The position numbers and the translations under genes were made by a program. The notes below the pieces were generated by a model. The model made no database searches, was not told the DNA's origin, and was given only the letters and a program-made list of their open reading frames with translations. From a virus (taxonomy: Duplodnaviria; Caudoviricetes): 52,656 bases of DNA. This document shows, piece after piece, positions 25,906 through 34,678 of this stretch. How positions within the stretch are numbered: position 1 is the first letter of the stretch; the number at the start of each line of letters is the position of its first letter. The stretch covers positions 1-52,656 of the IMG/VR virus record IMGVR_UViG_3300049893_002244; one strand, 5' to 3'.

Positions 25906-26130
25906 ATGCACGACATACTCACTTCACCCGGCTTCTGGTTTTACAGCGTCATTTGGTTCGCTCTCGTCATGATGTTCACCCCACCTTTCGAGGACTGGAA
26001 CTGGAAGCAAGGCATATTCGCTGGTGTGATTTCTGGCCCGGTTGGATGGGTGCTCGGTAGCATCGTCACAATCCTCTTTGGCATCGCAACTCTTTGGGAT
26101 TTGCTCAAAGACAAACCGAAGAAGTCTTGA
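25906..26130 (+). CDS. Trp-rich membrane protein (paralog of 24944-25165)
   Basis: IWF..TPP..W...GPV.W shared motif. Confidence 0.75.
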   Translation: MHDILTSPGFWFYSVIWFALVMMFTPPFEDWNWKQGIFAGVISGPVGWVLGSIVTILFGIATLWDLLKDKPKKS

Positions 26131-26160
26131 CATTTATAAAATAGAAGTCACTCTAGCGCC

Positions 26161-26655
26161 ATGTCCTTCACTGTTTCTCTGAAGCCTTACTGCCCGAGAA
26201 TCACTCGGAGCAAAATCGCCAAGCTTTCCCACGAACTGCGCGCCGCAATGAATCGTGTGAAATACACGGACAAGACCACGTGGCGTGACGTTGTCAGGAA
26301 GCTCGACCCCTGTTGGAAGTTTGAAATCGTGCGAGCCGCTGGTCTCAGTGGTCACATCGCCATCAGCAAGACTCATGGTATTGTGGTCAAGTGTCCCTAC
26401 AACGCGGACATTGATGCCACGCCCGACCATGCGATTTTCACACGGACTATTCCCCTGAAGCGGCAGAGCTACGCCGACGACAACGAGTATATTTTCATCC
26501 AGCCTCTCGCGGACGTTACCGCCAATGCTCGTAGTCGCGCCTGTGAACTGATTCAGGAAGCGGTCGAGAGCGGTGAAATTGAAAACGCCGCCGATGATGA
26601 CCATGACGGCAACGTGGCAATTTTCTACGGTAAGGCGGTTGCCATCGACTGGTAA
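26161..26655 (+). CDS. minimal protein-kinase-like protein (paralog of 18067-18468)
   Basis: GIVVK, IQPL, DDHDGNVA, terminal IDW. Confidence 0.65.
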   Translation: MSFTVSLKPYCPRITRSKIAKLSHELRAAMNRVKYTDKTTWRDVVRKLDPCWKFEIVRAAGLSGHIAISKTHGIVVKCPYNADIDATPDHAIFTRTIPLKRQSYADDNEYIFIQPLADVTANARSRACELIQEAVESGEIENAADDDHDGNVAIFYGKAVAIDW

Positions 26656-26693
26656 GGCTTGACTTTTATAAATAAGTCGTCACTCTCATCACC

Positions 26694-27014
26694 ATGACCG
26701 ACCCACTTCGCTATCTCATCTCGGAAGGTTTCATCGCGCTGTTCTACTATCCAAACCTTGACCAGTTTGGAAAGTTCTCGGGCAGGTTGCGCACCACCGA
26801 GAACGTGAGAAACTCTGTCAGCATCCTCACGCTCAACGGCAAAAAGTGTATGCGCGTTGGTTTGATGGTCTATCCCATCGACGCCGATTTCTGGCTCGAA
26901 TATGGCGTGCGCTGCACCGATGCGGACGATGCTCTCGCCAAGTCGGAAGCGTGGGCGAAGGAAACGAACGAGCTTTACGAGATTTTCTCGAAGCAGCAGG
27001 AGACTGCATCGTAA
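26694..27014 (+). CDS. hypothetical protein
   Basis: Leaderless after promoter 26659. Confidence 0.75.
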   Translation: MTDPLRYLISEGFIALFYYPNLDQFGKFSGRLRTTENVRNSVSILTLNGKKCMRVGLMVYPIDADFWLEYGVRCTDADDALAKSEAWAKETNELYEIFSKQQETAS

Positions 27015-27063
27015 ATTTCACGTTCCGCTTGACATTTCAAAAAAACTCCAACACTCTATCACC

Positions 27064-27459
27064 ATGAGCAAACAAAGCATCGAAGACATTCTGGCCGACT
27101 ACCAGCGCAACAAGAACAAAGAGAGCAATCTAGCCAAGCTGATTATCTCGCTTTTCGCAGTGCTGCTCACGATTCCGTCGTCTCTCCTGCGCGGCTGGGT
27201 CATCAATCTCTACTGGGGTTGGTTCATCACGTTGATTTTCAACGTGCCTGCGCCGGGCACGCTGCTCTGCACCGCGCTCTACTTCATGTGGAATCTGCCC
27301 AAGGGCGTTTACTACAAGAACGTCGAGGAACTGGAAGAAGCCTCAAATGCCGATGCGGGCGATACCTTCAAGGTGTCCGTGTCGAATGTGGTTCTCAGTG
27401 TGTTGTATTCTCTCTCCGCTGGCTTCTTCGGCTGGATTCTGCATCTGCTCACTTCCTGA
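27064..27459 (+). CDS. membrane protein
   Basis: Leaderless; several TM segments. Confidence 0.75.
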   Translation: MSKQSIEDILADYQRNKNKESNLAKLIISLFAVLLTIPSSLLRGWVINLYWGWFITLIFNVPAPGTLLCTALYFMWNLPKGVYYKNVEELEEASNADAGDTFKVSVSNVVLSVLYSLSAGFFGWILHLLTS

Positions 27460-27463
27460 AAAC

Positions 27464-27640
27464 ATGAACGACTACCACTACTTTCAGCAGCTCGTCTCGT
27501 ATTACAACATCGCTGATGCCATCAACATCATGTTGAACAAACATCCCGAAGCCGAGGTTTTTTCCGTCATCGGTTCATCCAACAACAACGGTGGTCAGGG
27601 CGATGCCATCATCCTCTATCGCAAGCCCATCACTCGGTAA
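27464..27640 (+). CDS. hypothetical protein
   Basis: Small ORF in operon. Confidence 0.6.
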   Translation: MNDYHYFQQLVSYYNIADAINIMLNKHPEAEVFSVIGSSNNNGGQGDAIILYRKPITR

Positions 27641-27646
27641 TTTACC

Positions 27647-27820
27647 ATGAGAGCCAGTCTGTGGTGGGCGGTGGTTCTTCCAAACACCGGCGTTGTTGGT
27701 CAACTTTACGTTACGAAGGGAGCCGCCGACATGAGTTGGGGAAACGTTGATGGTGCAAAGTTCATTCAAGTCAAACTCGTTCCCGTCAAGACCAAGAAGA
27801 AAACCAATCGAAAGTCTTGA
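27647..27820 (+). CDS. hypothetical protein (57 aa)
   Basis: Stop lies in the next TTGAC; below the ORF-track cutoff. Confidence 0.55.
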   Translation: MRASLWWAVVLPNTGVVGQLYVTKGAADMSWGNVDGAKFIQVKLVPVKTKKKTNRKS

Positions 27821-27851
27821 CATTTATAAAAAAACTGTCACTTTGATACCC

Positions 27852-28187
27852 ATGAAAACTTCTGTTGTCATCGATTCGTGTGTCATGGCCGGTCTGAACG
27901 AGATGGACAAGCGTTTCCTCCGCGATTATCAGGAGCTTCGCTGCAACGACATTAGCGCCAATGGCTGTCACCTTACGGTGTATCGCCAATATCATGTTTG
28001 GGATGATGACGCTGGTGATTTCTATCCCGACAACGACGGTTATTATCTCAGCGAAGACACCATTCGTTGCTTCAACAAGAAAGTGACGCCCAAGGAGTTT
28101 TGCGACGACCTCAATCGTCAGATGAACGATTTCTTCGACCGCAATGGCATCGAGGGCGACACCTTCCTCCTTTACGTTTCGTGGTAA
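27852..28187 (+). CDS. acidic hypothetical protein
   Basis: Leaderless after promoter 27817. Confidence 0.75.
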   Translation: MKTSVVIDSCVMAGLNEMDKRFLRDYQELRCNDISANGCHLTVYRQYHVWDDDAGDFYPDNDGYYLSEDTIRCFNKKVTPKEFCDDLNRQMNDFFDRNGIEGDTFLLYVSW

Positions 28188-28230
28188 CGAAGGGCTTGAC
28201 ATTTATAAAAATGTCTGCACACTGGGGACC

Positions 28231-28515
28231 ATGAAGAACAACATTCGCCTTCACTTCGGTCAAGCCATCGCAGTTGAGCCCAAGGCGGTGGGCAAGCCGG
28301 TGGACAGCGGCAATGGCTATTACAGCTACAGCTACTATCTCCTGCCCTACACTGGCACGCTGACCACCGAGGCTGGCGCTGCGGTTCGCCGCCATCTTCA
28401 CAACAAGCACTATCACTATCCGTTCACCAGTCTGAACTGTGTGGAGGTGTTCGGCAGTCAGAACGAAAACAACGGTCTGTTGCTCGTCAGCACGACCTAT
28501 CACCACGGAGACTGA
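28231..28515 (+). CDS. hypothetical protein
   Basis: Leaderless after promoter 28196. Confidence 0.75.
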   Translation: MKNNIRLHFGQAIAVEPKAVGKPVDSGNGYYSYSYYLLPYTGTLTTEAGAAVRRHLHNKHYHYPFTSLNCVEVFGSQNENNGLLLVSTTYHHGD

Positions 28516-28518
28516 GCC

Positions 28519-28734
28519 ATGCCAGCGATTCTTATTCTCCTACTCGCTCTGCGCAACCGGGATGAAAGCGGGCCGTTTTTCCCGCTGCTCGACACCAATC
28601 CTCCGACCAAAACGGAGAAGTTCCTCAACTGGCTGCTCAAGGCTTGGCTTTGGGTTGCTGGGGTGGTTGTCGTGCTCGGTCTGCTGTGGGTCGTGTTTCT
28701 CATCGGCTTTGCAATTTACACTCTCTTCACATGA
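28519..28734 (+). CDS. small membrane protein
   Basis: C-terminal TM segment. Confidence 0.65.
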   Translation: MPAILILLLALRNRDESGPFFPLLDTNPPTKTEKFLNWLLKAWLWVAGVVVVLGLLWVVFLIGFAIYTLFT

Positions 28735-28973
28735 AATTCATTGTCTCAGATTCCAAACGTTGGGGTGCTCGTGGAAACGGTATTCGCTGGGGCATTCTCT
28801 GCACGGACAGTAATGGCACGCAATCACTTTATCAAATTGACCGCTGCCATTTCTACATCGCTGATTACAAGGAGCAGGCTCGCCTGTATCTCATCAAGCT
28901 CGACCCACACATGCGCAAGGCGTGGAAGATGAAAGTTGTCAAGTTGCAGGAAGCATATCATCTTGCGTCTTGA
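28731..28973 (+). CDS. hypothetical protein
   Basis: ATGA overlap; stop lies in the next TTGAC. Confidence 0.7.
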   Translation: MKFIVSDSKRWGARGNGIRWGILCTDSNGTQSLYQIDRCHFYIADYKEQARLYLIKLDPHMRKAWKMKVVKLQEAYHLAS

Positions 28974-29004
28974 CTTTTATAAGAACTTCGTCACTTTAAT
29001 CCAC

Positions 29005-29241
29005 ATGAATCTCATCATCATCCTCGCCGCCATTCTCTTCGTCGTCGCTCTGTTCAACATCAAGAAGATTGGCAGCTTCATCCACGCCTTCACCATCTGG
29101 CCGTGGGAATTGCTTCTCGACAACAAGGCGAGCACTGGTAATGGAGCCGGAATGTTCGGCCCAATCCTCGGTCTGATTCTCGTCGCGGGTCAACTTCTCG
29201 TGGTCATCGTGGGAGTCATCCTCTGGCTGATTTTTGGTTGA
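29005..29241 (+). CDS. small membrane protein
   Basis: Leaderless; two TM segments. Confidence 0.75.
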   Translation: MNLIIILAAILFVVALFNIKKIGSFIHAFTIWPWELLLDNKASTGNGAGMFGPILGLILVAGQLLVVIVGVILWLIFG

Positions 29242-29272
29242 CTTTTATAATAAACCTCTCATTCTTCTCGTC

Positions 29273-29677
29273 ATGGGCTACCTTACCACCATCACCATTC
29301 ACAACGACGCGCTGCACGCTTTCGAGAAGAACCCCGAGCAGTTTGGCAAGGCCATCCTCGAAGGCATCTCCCGTGCCCGCATGGAACGCAAGGCCGTTGA
29401 CGTTGGCTTTGACGGTTACTGCAATTACATCACCGTCGAGCCGAGCCGTCATGCCGATGACCATACTGTGTTCGTTCACACTGGCAACACCGTTTTCAAC
29501 GTGAATCCTTACAACGAGGACTTCCGTGAACTGCTTGCTCGCAGTCCCGAAGTGGCCGCGCAGTTCGTCGGAGTGGCTGACGGAGTGGTGGCAATGGCCA
29601 AAGAGAAGCTCAAGGTGGAAGCCAAGAAGAAGAAGAAGGCTCTCAGCCACCGCGAAGAATTTGGAAGTGGTTCTTGA
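29273..29677 (+). CDS. phage hypothetical protein (MGY.TT....ND...HAD)
   Basis: Leaderless ORF. Confidence 0.8.
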   Translation: MGYLTTITIHNDALHAFEKNPEQFGKAILEGISRARMERKAVDVGFDGYCNYITVEPSRHADDHTVFVHTGNTVFNVNPYNEDFRELLARSPEVAAQFVGVADGVVAMAKEKLKVEAKKKKKALSHREEFGSGS

Positions 29678-29707
29678 CTTTCATAAAAAATCCTCACTCT
29701 TTTCAAC

Positions 29708-29854
29708 ATGAACCCCATCGCATTCGGTATCGGCCTGTTCATCGGCAACACTCTCGGTCAACGCCTGATTGCTCATAAATCGTGGTCCGAGAGCATTGGC
29801 GTTGGAATCCTCTCCGGGTTAATCGGCTGGCTTGTGCTCATCACCATCTCCTAA
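29708..29854 (+). CDS. small membrane peptide (48 aa)
   Basis: Leaderless after promoter 29674. Confidence 0.6.
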   Translation: MNPIAFGIGLFIGNTLGQRLIAHKSWSESIGVGILSGLIGWLVLITIS

Positions 29855-29866
29855 CCAACCAATCTC

Positions 29867-30265
29867 ATGACCACCGCTCAAATTCTTCTTTATAGCTTTT
29901 TCGGATGCGCTTCCACAGCCGCCATCAGCTTTTACTACATCATCACTCGTTCGTGGAGTTGTCCAAACAGTGTGCGCGCCATCGGCGCTGTTTCCGTCGT
30001 CGGCGCGTTCGCGCTGTTCATCGTCTGTCTGGGCCATCCTGTGCGTCATTCGGCAATCAAGCCCACGGACCTTCAAATCACGAAATCTCGTGACATGGTG
30101 CTAATTCAAGGTGTTGTGGACGGCCAGACGTTCGTTGAAACAAACACCAGTGCATTCTTTTTCAATCACGTTGACGACTCTGCCTACGAGGTTATTCATG
30201 AAACAGAGGCTTCGGCGTTTGGTTTGACCACCGCCCGCCGCTACGTTCTTCGCAAGAAGGCTTGA
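29867..30265 (+). CDS. membrane protein
   Basis: Two N-terminal TM segments. Confidence 0.7.
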   Translation: MTTAQILLYSFFGCASTAAISFYYIITRSWSCPNSVRAIGAVSVVGAFALFIVCLGHPVRHSAIKPTDLQITKSRDMVLIQGVVDGQTFVETNTSAFFFNHVDDSAYEVIHETEASAFGLTTARRYVLRKKA

Positions 30266-30296
30266 CTTTTATAATAATTGAGTCACTCTCTCATCC

Positions 30297-30581
30297 ATGA
30301 AGACACTCATCGCCTCCCTCAAGAAGTTCTGCATTCGCCACTTCACCCCGAGTAAGTGGGAAACGGTGTATGCCGCTCGCTGCTCCACCCGCGCCATCTG
30401 GATGTTTGAGGATTATGGTCGCGTGTCAGCCGTGGTCAAGATTCAAGTGGAGCGCCGCAAGAACCTCGCTCGCGGCATCATCGAGGCAATGGGCGATGCA
30501 TCAACTTGCTCTCTCGCTGAGATTGTTCTCGGCAACCTCGAAGCGCAGCGCGTTTGTGCCCGCGAGAACATTTCGATTTGA
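30297..30581 (+). CDS. hypothetical protein
   Basis: Leaderless; stop lies in the next TTGAC. Confidence 0.75.
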   Translation: MKTLIASLKKFCIRHFTPSKWETVYAARCSTRAIWMFEDYGRVSAVVKIQVERRKNLARGIIEAMGDASTCSLAEIVLGNLEAQRVCARENISI

Positions 30582-30612
30582 CTTTTATAAAAAAGTCCTC
30601 ACTCTACCTGTC

Positions 30613-30957
30613 ATGAATCTTCCCCCCGCCGTCGATGTTCTCCGCAAGCAAATCGAAGCTGCTCGCGACCGCAGCCTCGCAAAGCCCCGCAAGGCGGCTG
30701 ATGGCACCATCGAGCGACTGAACGTCCACCTCACCGCTCTGCTGGCGAATCCCGAGAAGTTTACCTCGCACACCACTTTCAGCGAAGAGATGCCTGCGAA
30801 CGCATATCACGGCGGCTCTTACGCTGCTTTTCTCGACGCTCTGCGAGCCAAGCTCACTCCGCTCGGTTATCGGGTGGAACAGTCCCATGACGGCGGCGGG
30901 CAGTATTCCACTGTGGTCATTCGCTGGGATTTGGAGAAGACCGTTCGCCGTTTCTGA
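30613..30957 (+). CDS. hypothetical protein
   Basis: Leaderless after promoter 30578. Confidence 0.75.
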   Translation: MNLPPAVDVLRKQIEAARDRSLAKPRKAADGTIERLNVHLTALLANPEKFTSHTTFSEEMPANAYHGGSYAAFLDALRAKLTPLGYRVEQSHDGGGQYSTVVIRWDLEKTVRRF

Positions 30958-30967
30958 AATTTTCACC

Positions 30968-31129
30968 ATGAACTCACTACAATTGCTCGGTCTCACGGTC
31001 GGCACGGTCGGCATTCTTCTCAACGCCTCGGGTTATATCATCTATCGCGGGAAGGGGTTTCTCATCGGCCTTGCGCTGGGCGTGATTGGAACGGGGATGA
31101 CTCTCTTGAGCATCTTCTCTTCGACTTGA
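30968..31129 (+). CDS. small membrane protein
   Basis: Two TM segments; stop lies in the next TTGAC. Confidence 0.65.
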   Translation: MNSLQLLGLTVGTVGILLNASGYIIYRGKGFLIGLALGVIGTGMTLLSIFSST

Positions 31130-31160
31130 CTTTTATAAGAAAGCCGTCAGGCTCTCAGCC

Positions 31161-31352
31161 ATGTTCAAGAATCTCTCCAAGCGCAAAATCAAGATGACCG
31201 TCACGCTCAAGTCGGGCAAGACCGTCACCTTTGCTTGTTCCAACTTCGTCATCGAGAAGAACGGCAATGATATCGTCAGCCTGAAGGTTGAGGATTGCCC
31301 CGAGTATTTTTATATTCGACTTGACGAAATCGCTCTCATCATCAAGTCATGA
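31161..31352 (+). CDS. hypothetical protein
   Basis: Leaderless after promoter 31126. Confidence 0.7.
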   Translation: MFKNLSKRKIKMTVTLKSGKTVTFACSNFVIEKNGNDIVSLKVEDCPEYFYIRLDEIALIIKS

Positions 31353-31786
31353 TGACCATCACACACCCCAAGCACTTCAAATGGTTGCGCTTGGTGCTGT
31401 CGTCACTCAAGGCGTTCGATTACACGGAAGGCGACTATCCCAGTCGCATCGACCCGAACGCCAGCAAAACAGATGGTGCTGAATACGTTACGCCAAACGT
31501 CGTTCACAAGCTGACCTTCACCGACGCGGGGGTTTTCTACAGAAGCGTTGATGAGCGACTTGGCTGGGTCATTGTCAAGGAATACACCTTCACCATGTTG
31601 CCCAAGGGCAAGGTCAAGGAGGAAAAGGTTGAACATCAATACTTCCGCTCCCAAGAGTGGATTGACAAGGCGAAGGCCGACTTCGAGCAGTATCTCATCA
31701 ACAACCCCAACATGAGAGAATGGGGCGAGAACGCTCGTAAAAATCAAACATACGAACTTCTTCCGCTTGACTTTTATAATAATTAA
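31349..31786 (+). CDS. hypothetical protein
   Basis: ATGA overlap with previous ORF. Confidence 0.75.
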   Translation: MMTITHPKHFKWLRLVLSSLKAFDYTEGDYPSRIDPNASKTDGAEYVTPNVVHKLTFTDAGVFYRSVDERLGWVIVKEYTFTMLPKGKVKEEKVEHQYFRSQEWIDKAKADFEQYLINNPNMREWGENARKNQTYELLPLDFYNN

Positions 31787-31801
31787 GTCACTCTCTCAAA
31801 T

Positions 31802-31984
31802 ATGAAATTCCTTGGCGTCAACATCGACTTCAACAAGAACTACTCGGAAACCGAGCTTGAAGAGCTTGAGGAACAGCTTGACGCGGCCTTTGGCCGCTTC
31901 GTTCGTCGGCTGCTGCGCTTCATGTTCCTCCTCATCGTGCTCGCCGTGCTGGTGAAGTTTGGATATCAACTCTGTCATGGTTGA
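31802..31984 (+). CDS. small membrane protein
   Basis: Leaderless; acidic N-terminus plus TM segment. Confidence 0.7.
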   Translation: MKFLGVNIDFNKNYSETELEELEEQLDAAFGRFVRRLLRFMFLLIVLAVLVKFGYQLCHG

Positions 31985-32183
31985 GTATTACAAATATCCC
32001 GGTGACGGATATAACAACTGGAAGGTTATTGTCCGGTTGATGGATGGAACATATGCTGGCACGACGAGGGTATATCCTTCCGGCCTGCTGCTCGACCCAC
32101 TGACAACCTACTGGCGCGAGGCTGACCCTGCTTGGGGCAAACCCATCAGCTTGGAAGAGGCAGTAGCTCTTACTGCCCGCTAA
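31977..32183 (+). CDS. hypothetical protein
   Basis: Last ORF of the array. Confidence 0.65.
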   Translation: MVEYYKYPGDGYNNWKVIVRLMDGTYAGTTRVYPSGLLLDPLTTYWREADPAWGKPISLEEAVALTAR

Positions 32184-32300
32184 CCCTCCCCCGGTGGGGG
32201 TGTGGGACGGGGGTTTTAACCCCCCTTCTACCCCCCTCTAGGTGGGGGTTCTAGGTGTCTTCTAGGTGGGGTAAAGACCCCCCTCCCCCGGGGGCTCCCC
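32184..32300. repeat. G/C-run-rich non-coding element with TCTAGGTG x3 and CCCTCCCCCGG x2
   Basis: TCTAGGTG at 32237, 32250, 32261; CCCTCCCCCGG at 32184 and 32281. Confidence 0.8.
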
Positions 32301-32532
32301 ATACCTTTTATTTACGAGGTCAATTTTTTCTCCCCACTTTTCATATATACACCAACCCCTCGCAAACATCATCTGGTTTTCCAGTTAGGGCCAGATATAA
32401 CGCCTTCATGTTTTCAGAAACCTCTTTTTAGAGTTTTCCTATACCAGATTTTTCGACCCTCTAACTCGATTTTCGAAAATAACCGTGGAGAAAATTTTTC
32501 TCTGGGGTTTTCGTATATATGATTTCTTTCTT

Positions 32533-33054
32533 TCAAGAAACCTTCTTGCGCAGGTCTATGCGTTTTATCGAAGATATACCGCTTTTGTCCCAAATGCAGC
32601 CCGATGCCACGTCCCAACCATAATACCACATATATTCATGACGATAGTGCCACTGATAGGGCGCTATCTCGACACCCGAGTAGTCCTTTGCTACCTTTTC
32701 CCAATTTATGTATAGGTTGTGCTTGGGACTATACTTGAACCCGGTGGTTTTGTTGGCCTCACCATAGTTCTTCATCAGCATTTCGAACTTTGGCATAGTG
32801 TCGATTCTGAGCACTTTATTTGATATCTCTATTTTATAAAATACCTTGCCTAGCCAATGCGGCATTTCGCTTTCTATCCATTCTATCCATTCTGTTCCCA
32901 CTGCATACCACAATCCTGATGGTTTACCCATTGTGGAAGTATTCTTGTCTTGCTCCACGGGAAACTTGAGTGGCAGTATATCTTTCTTCGCCATGATGAT
33001 TCTGTCATTTGGCTGAATCCGAGATTTTACTTTTACGAGTTTGGCGGCGTCCAT
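32533..33054 (-). CDS. phage hypothetical protein (KP.GLW...WDV.SGCIW type)
   Basis: ORF with TATTTATA-N6-ATG on the minus strand. Confidence 0.8.
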   Translation of the reverse strand: MDAAKLVKVKSRIQPNDRIIMAKKDILPLKFPVEQDKNTSTMGKPSGLWYAVGTEWIEWIESEMPHWLGKVFYKIEISNKVLRIDTMPKFEMLMKNYGEANKTTGFKYSPKHNLYINWEKVAKDYSGVEIAPYQWHYRHEYMWYYGWDVASGCIWDKSGISSIKRIDLRKKVS

Positions 33055-33060
33055 TTTAGG

Positions 33061-33092
33061 TATAAATATGCGGGCGGTGGTTCATATTTATA
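33061..33092. promoter_or_regulatory. divergent pair of TATTTATA-N6-ATG late-type promoters
   Basis: tataaata 33061-33068 (minus gene) and tatttata 33085-33092 (plus gene), each 6 nt from its ATG. Confidence 0.7.
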
Positions 33093-33098
33093 CTCATC

Positions 33099-33836
33099 AT
33101 GAGATACAAAGACTTTTTCCCTTTGAACGAAAGCATGACCACCTCTGTTCGTGGGGCCGATTATAGCAAGCAAGACCTTGACAACATGCTCGGTCTTTCC
33201 TTCGCTTTGAAGAACAAGGTGGTGACTTCCGTGGTGAACGCTCTGGGTGAGTTCGACAAGGAGAATTTCTATCAAAACCGCAACATGGAAATCATCGTTC
33301 CTGACGGCGAGAACACCTTTGACCCCATTGGCACGATGAATTTCTATACTTCTGGCTTCAATGAGGCTGGCGTGCAGGCCGTGATTGATGGTGTGAAAAA
33401 GTATCTGCCGATGATTGGTGCGGCGGTGGGTAGTGTTCGCGGGCCTGAAAAGAGCGGCATGTATAAAAGTCCGGTCGTGCGCTTCGAAATCACCAAGAAC
33501 GACAACGCTGAACGCGGCGGGGAAGTTCCTGAAGTGAACATGAGCAACGCAAATGCCCGCATCATCTATCGCGACGTGCTTGGCCTTGACGATTTCGAAG
33601 AAGGATATAGCATCAAGGCGATTGACCTTTACAATCGCATCAAGGCGGTGTTGGACAACGACAAGAACGATTTGGACAAGGTGCAAAGACTTCCTTCGAT
33701 GGATGCCGGTAATGGTGGAGCCATGATGTATACCGGAGCACTGCGCAGCGATGATATTGTGGAAAGACTGCATCGCATTGCGGAAGTTTGCCTTTATGCG
33801 ATGAAACATGGCCATGCGGAGATTAGCATCGGATGA
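33099..33836 (+). CDS. hypothetical protein
   Basis: 245 aa ORF after TATTTATA. Confidence 0.8.
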   Translation: MRYKDFFPLNESMTTSVRGADYSKQDLDNMLGLSFALKNKVVTSVVNALGEFDKENFYQNRNMEIIVPDGENTFDPIGTMNFYTSGFNEAGVQAVIDGVKKYLPMIGAAVGSVRGPEKSGMYKSPVVRFEITKNDNAERGGEVPEVNMSNANARIIYRDVLGLDDFEEGYSIKAIDLYNRIKAVLDNDKNDLDKVQRLPSMDAGNGGAMMYTGALRSDDIVERLHRIAEVCLYAMKHGHAEISIG

Positions 33837-34663
33837 TACTTTTGTCTGAAATCGTCCACGAGCTTGGGTTTGAGCCGCTTGACGAGATGGCTCCACCGAT
33901 TGCGAACTATGACGATTACATCGGTAGCATGAACAAGAGCATCGGTGAAAAGACTTGGTTTGTGAACAAGCTCGATTTTGATTGCCTCGTGGATTTTGGC
34001 TGTGCGGACGGCACATTGCTCAAGAAGGTGCATGAAATGAAACCCGAGGCCAAGCTCATTGGCTATGACATTGACCCCGGGATGGAAGCTCGCTTCAAGA
34101 AGAACAATCCCGAGCTTGACTTCACGAGTAAGTTTTCTGACGCGGTGAAGGTGGCACGTAAATTTAGCGCGCCCGCCATTCTCCTGAGCAGCGTCATTCA
34201 TGAAGTTTACTCGTATGCCGACAGCACCCATCAACTCAACCGTTTTTGGAAAGACGTTTTTGGCAGCGGCTTCAAATATGTCATCATTCGTGACACCATC
34301 CCTGACCGCATCGACATCGTGAAGCCAAAGGAATTTGCGGAAGACGTGGCGAAGGTGAAGGCCAAGGTTGACCCGAAATATCTCGAAGACTTTGAAAAGA
34401 AGTGGGGTCCGATTGACAAGAGCTATCGCCTGTTTGTCCGTTTCATCTTGACCTATCGCTATAAAGACAACTGGGACCGTGAAAGCCTTGAGAACTATAT
34501 GCCGCTTTCGTATAGCACACTCTTGCGCCGCATTCCTAGCAACTATAAAATCGTCGATGGTGCAAACTACAAATTTCAACCCGTCGCCGCCAACTTCAAG
34601 GATGAATATGACATTGTGTTGCGCGTGAACACACATCTCAGCATGATATTGTCCCGAGCCTGA
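33833..34663 (+). CDS. class I SAM-dependent methyltransferase
   Basis: LVDFGCADG motif I, GYD motif II, SSVIHE. Confidence 0.85.
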   Translation: MILLSEIVHELGFEPLDEMAPPIANYDDYIGSMNKSIGEKTWFVNKLDFDCLVDFGCADGTLLKKVHEMKPEAKLIGYDIDPGMEARFKKNNPELDFTSKFSDAVKVARKFSAPAILLSSVIHEVYSYADSTHQLNRFWKDVFGSGFKYVIIRDTIPDRIDIVKPKEFAEDVAKVKAKVDPKYLEDFEKKWGPIDKSYRLFVRFILTYRYKDNWDRESLENYMPLSYSTLLRRIPSNYKIVDGANYKFQPVAANFKDEYDIVLRVNTHLSMILSRA

Positions 34664-34678
34664 TATATATAGAAACAT

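Larger units (their letters stand above)
734..31802 (+). promoter_or_regulatory. array of ~50 conserved sigma70-like early promoters TTGACWTTTHATAA..N16..CANNNT-N6-9-ATG
   Basis: Examples with TTGAC at 1138, 1676, 2364, 3844, 4739, 7741, 9182, 10700, 13294, 16016, 20591, 23349, 26127, 30262, 31767; ATG typically 35 nt after the first T of TTGAC. Confidence 0.92.

Noticed and set aside
734-31802. CRISPR array or integron attC array
   Set aside because: The repeats are degenerate promoter motifs separated by whole genes of variable length; no attC-type palindromes, cas genes or integrase in the window.
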